DNA of 64,000 bases. Origin: Candidatus Latescibacterota bacterium. GTDB lineage: Bacteria > Latescibacterota > UBA2968 > GCA-2709665. The notes beneath the pieces were generated by a model. It had not been told where the DNA came from and made no database searches. It saw only the letters and a program-made list of their open reading frames with translations. Both the position numbers and the translations under genes were made by a program. The DNA lies in the NCBI GenBank assembly GCA_965237675.1, contig OZ250150.1, forward strand, positions 4,416,001 through 4,480,000, in the 5' to 3' direction. Shown here one piece after another: positions 60,555 to 64,000 of the stretch; position 1 is the stretch's first letter, and every line of letters starts with the position of its first letter.

Positions 60555-62477
60555 GTGTACCGAATCTTTTCAGCGTTCTGTTTGATCTGGTTTGTCTCCG
60601 TCGCTCATCCTGCGGCTGGGCCACCATCGATCCCACAACCCGGCCGCGGAGAAATCGAGACCCAATTCGAAACGGCGCTTGGCGACTACGCAAACGGAAC
60701 CTATCGCAAGGCGAAACGGGCTTTCCAGAGGTTGGCCAAGACCGTACCGGCTCACCATCGCTCGTCCGCCGCACGGTTGATGCTGGCCAAATCGCTGTAC
60801 AAACTCAAGGAGTACAACCAGGCAATTGCCGCCGCGACCGGGCTCTATGAAGCCTTCCCCAATAGCCGGTATCTCCCGGAAGCCGACTTGATTGTTGGCG
60901 ACTGCAAATTTCGGCAGGGCCAGATCTACCGGGCCGCAACCCACTACGCCCACGTGGTCACCGGGAGAGGAGACTTGCGCCTGAAGGCCAGAGCAGCGGA
61001 TCGATTGGGGCAACTCGCCGGGGCAGGGCGCATCACTCCCGGTGATATCACTCGCCTTCAAGGCGATTTCGGCCGCGCGACCATCGACGAGGCCATCGCC
61101 TTCGGCCGGGCGCGCTGGCCGCTGAAACACGACTGGGCCGAGCCATCCGAAAATGCGATGGCCCGATTTCTGAAACAGTATCCCAACGGAATCTTCGCGG
61201 CGCTGGTGCACAGAACACCCCCGCAATCGGGGCGCCCTCCGCCGACCGTGGCAGAGGCGCAGCCGGCACCTCGCGCGGAAGCTCCGGAAGAACCGACCGA
61301 TGCGCACTACACAATCGGCCTGATCGCGCCATTGGCAAGCCCCCTGGGGAAGGACATGATAGACGGTGTTCTGCTTGCCAGAGAACTCCGCCCACTCAAA
61401 TCCGGAGTGCAGGTTGCCCTCGTCTTCAAGGACTCGGGAGGCAGCCCGGTACGCGCGATCAAGGCCGCCCAGAGTCTCATCGAAGAACACGGTGTGATTG
61501 CCATTATCGGCGCCCTGACGAGCGCAGAGACCCTTCCCATTGCCGCGCTGGCCGGCCCCCATAAAGTCCCGCTGATTGCGCCCACGGCCTCGGAAGACGG
61601 ACTTGCCTCCCTGAGCCCCTTCGTTTTTCAGGTCAACGCCACTCCCGGGGCTCAGGGCCGCCGAATTGCCGACTACGCGGTCCGGGAGCTGGGCCTGCGC
61701 ACGCTGGCTTCGCTGGCTGCGCGGGATTCCTACGGGGAACGGATCGCCAAAGAGTTCACTGCCCGTGCGGAAGAACTGGGTTCAGAGGTCATTGTCCAGA
61801 CGTGGTACGAACCCGGCACAACCGACTACCGGGGCCAGTTGAAACGCATCCGGGACGCCGGACTGGCGCTGCACCCGCCCGCAATCCTGGCGGATGAAAT
61901 GGACTCCCTGCTTCTGGGGAGTATCCGTCTGGCGCCACCGCCCCCGGTTATCGTCGATCCCGACACGGTGCAGCCGGAACCGGTGCGTACGTTGGAAGGC
62001 CTGCTTATCGCCGGGGGAAAGGACGAGGTGCTTCTGATCGCGCCCCAGATTGCCTTCCATCGCATCCATGCGCGGTTGCTGGGCGGCGACGGCTGGAACC
62101 ACCATGCCGTCGCGAGAAATTCCTATACGGACGGCGCGGTCTTTGTCGCCAAATATTCCACACGTAGCAATATGGTCTCCGTACATGAGTTCCTGGGCGC
62201 ATTCAGGGAACGGTTCAATCGAGATCAGGGCATTGCGGCCGCGCTGGGATATGACGCTATGACAGCTGTTTTAACCGCCATCGACAGGGGCGGTACGTCT
62301 CGGCAGCGGCTTCAGACCGCTCTTGAAAATCTGGACGACATGCCCGGCGCCACCGGGAAGATCTCCTTCAGCAAAGGCAATCGTGAAAATGCCTGGATGT
62401 ACATACTGACCATCCGCGACGGAAAGCTCCGACTCCTCTCCGACGACCGCACGGACGATGCCACGTCCAAACCCTGA
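60555..62477 (+). CDS. TPR plus periplasmic-binding-fold protein (LppC/LpoA-like PBP activator)
   Basis: Signal peptide, TPR helices (FPNSRY..EA), IGLIAPL, IIGAL.S, AALGYDA, GATGKISF. Confidence 0.8.
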   Translation: MYRIFSAFCLIWFVSVAHPAAGPPSIPQPGRGEIETQFETALGDYANGTYRKAKRAFQRLAKTVPAHHRSSAARLMLAKSLYKLKEYNQAIAAATGLYEAFPNSRYLPEADLIVGDCKFRQGQIYRAATHYAHVVTGRGDLRLKARAADRLGQLAGAGRITPGDITRLQGDFGRATIDEAIAFGRARWPLKHDWAEPSENAMARFLKQYPNGIFAALVHRTPPQSGRPPPTVAEAQPAPRAEAPEEPTDAHYTIGLIAPLASPLGKDMIDGVLLARELRPLKSGVQVALVFKDSGGSPVRAIKAAQSLIEEHGVIAIIGALTSAETLPIAALAGPHKVPLIAPTASEDGLASLSPFVFQVNATPGAQGRRIADYAVRELGLRTLASLAARDSYGERIAKEFTARAEELGSEVIVQTWYEPGTTDYRGQLKRIRDAGLALHPPAILADEMDSLLLGSIRLAPPPPVIVDPDTVQPEPVRTLEGLLIAGGKDEVLLIAPQIAFHRIHARLLGGDGWNHHAVARNSYTDGAVFVAKYSTRSNMVSVHEFLGAFRERFNRDQGIAAALGYDAMTAVLTAIDRGGTSRQRLQTALENLDDMPGATGKISFSKGNRENAWMYILTIRDGKLRLLSDDRTDDATSKP

Positions 62478-62641
62478 TCGCCCCTACCCGAAAAATTCCT
62501 CCTCGCGCCAGTTTCGGCTTCCCCCTGGCATTCCTATTGCATTGGTTTCAGCAAACGACGGCCAGACGTAACATCAACGGCAGTCGGATCGCTTGTTACC
62601 GATTCTTTTATATGCAATAGACATGTCCGGGGAGTCAGTCC

Positions 62642-64000
62642 GTGATATGCGATTTCTTTCAATCCGCCCGGCTCGGACCGAAACAGGCGTTCATTATGCT
62701 GCTCCCATTCACGTTGTACGTTGCTGCACCGCGCGCGCAGGAATCGTTGAACCCTGAAACCGCGGAATCGTACCTCGCCGTGTTGCGGGATCTGGAAGGA
62801 CAGGTCATCGACGTCAACAAGGCAAGCCAGCAGGACCTCCAGGCCCTCCCCTGGATTTCGCCGGAAGTCGCGCGTGGGATCATCACCAACCGAAGACGAT
62901 TCGGCCCGTTTCGGAACGTCAACGATCTTCGCAGGGTGCCCGGCGTCACATCGAACGTCCTCGCCGCCGCTCGCCAGTATCTATCGGTATCTTCCTGGCG
63001 AGGTCCGCGCGCCCGGACGCGCCTCCGGATCACACGTCCGTCAAACCAACCCACCGCGTGGGGCAACCTGAGGCTCTACCAGCGGACCGAGGTCGCCACG
63101 CGGCACGCGGAAGGCGTCTTCCTCACGGAACGCGACCCCATGGAAAGCCGGCTGGCGGACTTCCTCAGCGGATACATAAGGGTCTCCTCCATTCCGGGCC
63201 TGCAGCGCCTGCTCGTGGGCGACTTCCGGCCCGGATACGGACAGGGACTCCTTTTCAGCAGGCACAGCCGATCGGCGACCGGCCTCGAGTGGGCCAGGCC
63301 GGCGAACGTCCGACGCGTGGGCTATCGCTCCGCGGTCGAAGACGGCGCCCTCCGCGGCGTCTTTGCCGAAGGCCGGTCCGGCCGCGTCACCTGGACTGCC
63401 ATGTTTTCCCGCAACCGCTGGGATGCCGTCATAGACAGCGCGGGCGTTGCCGCAATCCGTACCGCCGACCTGCATGTCACCCAGACCCAGCAAGAACGCA
63501 GAGGCAAATTGCGAGAAAATCTGGCCGCGCTTCGACCGCACGTCGACCTGCCGGTCGGCCGGATCGCAGCCACGCTCGTCCGAACCACATTTTCGCCCCC
63601 ACGCCAAAGTGTTCGGCGCCAGCATTCCGCCGGTATAGATTGGGACCTGCGTTCGAGCCGTCTGAATTTCTTCGGCGAAATCGCGGCTTCTAACAGAAAC
63701 ACCGCCTGGCTGGCCGGCGCACGATCCGGTCTGGATCGCCTCACTCTGGTGATGCTTGGCCGCTGGTACTCGGCCGGGTTTTCGAGCCTGCGCGGCGGCC
63801 CGTTCTCCGCGTACAGCGGCGGAAACGAGTGGGGTCTTTTCACCGGCGCCGCCTGGCGGGCCGGCCGGCGAACCCGGATTCAGGCTACCCTGGACCGCCA
63901 CGGCCGCATCGCGCCTGAGGGCAAACTCACGTTACCCGCACGTGGAGAAAGATTCTCCCTCGATTTGAGACAACGCCGGAAATACGCCACCATACGGATC
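62642..64000 (+). CDS. ComEA-like helix-hairpin-helix protein, 5' part (runs off window)
   Basis: Not in the ORF track. GGGGAG RBS then GTG; IDVNKASQQDLQALPWI..EVARGII..R...GPF....DLRRVPGV, then ERDPME..ADF and VGDFRPGYGQGL. Confidence 0.8.
   Translation, partial: MICDFFQSARLGPKQAFIMLLPFTLYVAAPRAQESLNPETAESYLAVLRDLEGQVIDVNKASQQDLQALPWISPEVARGIITNRRRFGPFRNVNDLRRVPGVTSNVLAAARQYLSVSSWRGPRARTRLRITRPSNQPTAWGNLRLYQRTEVATRHAEGVFLTERDPMESRLADFLSGYIRVSSIPGLQRLLVGDFRPGYGQGLLFSRHSRSATGLEWARPANVRRVGYRSAVEDGALRGVFAEGRSGRVTWTAMFSRNRWDAVIDSAGVAAIRTADLHVTQTQQERRGKLRENLAALRPHVDLPVGRIAATLVRTTFSPPRQSVRRQHSAGIDWDLRSSRLNFFGEIAASNRNTAWLAGARSGLDRLTLVMLGRWYSAGFSSLRGGPFSAYSGGNEWGLFTGAAWRAGRRTRIQATLDRHGRIAPEGKLTLPARGERFSLDLRQRRKYATIRI

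Overview
GC-rich bacterial chromosomal window with no rRNA, tRNA, CRISPR array, integrase or reverse transcriptase recognisable by eye. The flanks carry carbohydrate-catabolic and housekeeping genes: two heparinase II/III-like lyases, rhaA, two PhyH-type dioxygenases, a DapA-like lyase, a TPP enzyme, aroQ, a ManC-like enzyme, accD, LysR, ferritin and a Cus-type RND metal efflux operon. The gene mix, plus an ankyrin protein, is reminiscent of host-associated marine bacteria (inference only). The most striking part is a ~13 kb minus-strand defence island (~16.1-29.3 kb). It is a Type I R-M operon (hsdM-hsdS-hsdR) interleaved with accessory genes: a RAYT transposase, an Mrr-like nuclease, an orphan PD-(D/E)xK-like protein, two PIN toxin-antitoxin pairs and an AT-rich HEPN protein. 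Four decayed copies of one hicB-like unit sit at gene junctions (three of ~213-216 bp that end in a hicA-like start, one partial), and a diverged extra hsdR 5' end separates the two TA pairs. One GTAG-type REP palindrome occurs twice inside the RAYT gene, bounds a 269-bp tandem duplication, and is also inserted in frame in hsdR. Together this looks like a cassette-accumulating R-M locus (inference). Separately, four copies of a TIR-bounded MITE-like element (56-278 bp) share ends but carry different nested hairpin cargo. Product calls rest on motifs recognised in the translations; no database search was run.
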